From: Eledone cirrhosa
Taxonomy: Eukaryota
NCBI GenBank assembly: GCA_964016885.1
Contig: OZ024741.1
Span: 174,840,001 to 174,904,000, forward strand
Length of the DNA stretch: 64,000 nucleotides
Direction of reading: 5' to 3'
This document shows positions 63,153 through 64,000 of this stretch, piece by piece; position 1 is the first letter of the stretch, and each line of letters opens with the position of its first letter. A program made the position numbers and the translations under genes. The notes beneath the pieces are model-generated. The model searched no databases. It was not told where the DNA came from and was given only the letters and a program-made list of their open reading frames with translations.

Positions 63153-63375
63153 GTGGAGGCACGTGGTCTAGTGGTAAGGGTGTTGGACTTACGATCATAA
63201 TGTCGTGGGTTTGATTCCTGGGTTGAGTACCAGCAATAGCTGGGGGTTTATTTAACCCTGCAATGGACTGGCGTCCTGTCCAGGAGGGAGTCTTGTTCTC
63301 TCAGTGGCTTCACACCATGAAACCGGGATAAGTACCGGCCAAATGAGCCTTCTGGCTTAAGACAGTCTTTAGACT
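63153..63375 (+). mobile_element. tRNA-derived SINE of the 8940-9242 family, centre deleted
   Basis: gtggaggcacgtggtctagtggta head; tail aaccctgcaatggactggcgtcctgtccagg...gaaaccgggataag. Confidence 0.8.
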
Positions 63376-63949
63376 TAGATATTTACTACTGCCTGACTGT
63401 CTTGCTTTGCTCCGGTCTATGTCTGGCCTCAATGGAGTGTCTACTCTTTGGCTTTTTTGTGGAAGGGACACATTCCAATCTTCACAATGGTCCACTTGTG
63501 TCAACAGCCACTGCATGGAGGACTGGGTATGCCGTAGCTTTTGGTGTGTAAACATAAGACTGGAGCCCCTGTCATTAATATTCCTGAGAAATCTCCTTTC
63601 AGATGCAAACACATATGAGACCAGCTAAACCTTCATAGGTGTGAACTGTAGATTTCATTTTCTTTTCCTCGTAAAAATGTTGCTGCTGCTATCAATTTCT
63701 AGACAAATTTATTTGCTCACAAGATCTGATTTTCTTTTTTTTTAATCCACTTCTAAATACATAAGTAGTTTGAGTATATTTAGAGCAAGTTAGTTGTGAT
63801 ATTTTGTTTGTTTTTATTTATAGGTTTCTTACAATCCAGTCTACTAATGATCGCTAGTAATAATAATAATAGTAGTAGTTGTAGTCATCATCATCAGTAA
63901 TAATGATAAGAAAAACAATAATTTAATGATACTGTTTATTTCATTTCAG

Positions 63950-63998
63950 GTTTATCAAATAAAGAAGTTAATCTCATTGAAATTGTACAGTGTCTAGG
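63950..63998 (+). CDS. MMS19: MMS19 coding exon 2 (49 nt)
   Basis: tttcatttcAG| (G)LSNKEVNLIEIVQCL(G) |GT; in frame with exon 1 and aligns with recalled human DVKSGNYTVLQVVEALG. Confidence 0.8.
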
Positions 63999-64000
63999 GT

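Noticed and set aside
62735-63630. GC-richer segments flanking the 63153 SINE, possibly a LINE 5' region or an exon
   Set aside because: No recognisable protein motif or splice-compatible frame, so I could not assign it.

Overview
Animal genomic DNA, AT-rich and most likely from a coleoid cephalopod (Octopus-like; inferred from the SINE/RTE/microsatellite content). The window straddles a head-to-head gene pair. A UBTD1/2-like gene starts on the - strand (coding exon 1 at 45004-45070) and MMS19 starts on the + strand (exon 1 at 45708-45792, exon 2 at 63950-63998), with about 640 bp between the start codons. Everything left of 45 kb appears to be UBTD intron 1. It holds a ~31 kb nest (9.2-40.7 kb) of strand-polarised (TA)n/(TACA)n arrays interrupted by mobile elements: two RTE-clade LINEs with intact ~1000-1100 aa ORFs (APE + RT with an embedded PHD-type finger), many 5'-truncated RTE copies, three copies of a short non-autonomous RTE derivative with an (AT)n tail, a deleted DD37D/maT transposon, SINEs, and near-perfect ~400-bp palindromes whose arms each carry a minimal type I hammerhead ribozyme (Penelope pLTR-like). 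MMS19 intron 1 holds SINEs, MITEs, a Rex3/Expander-like fragment, a hammerhead-bearing ~310-bp tandem repeat (retrozyme-like) and more hammerhead palindromes. The long Ile/Tyr-rich ORFs in the ORF track are microsatellite artefacts. All family and gene assignments come from reading and recalled motifs, not database searches.
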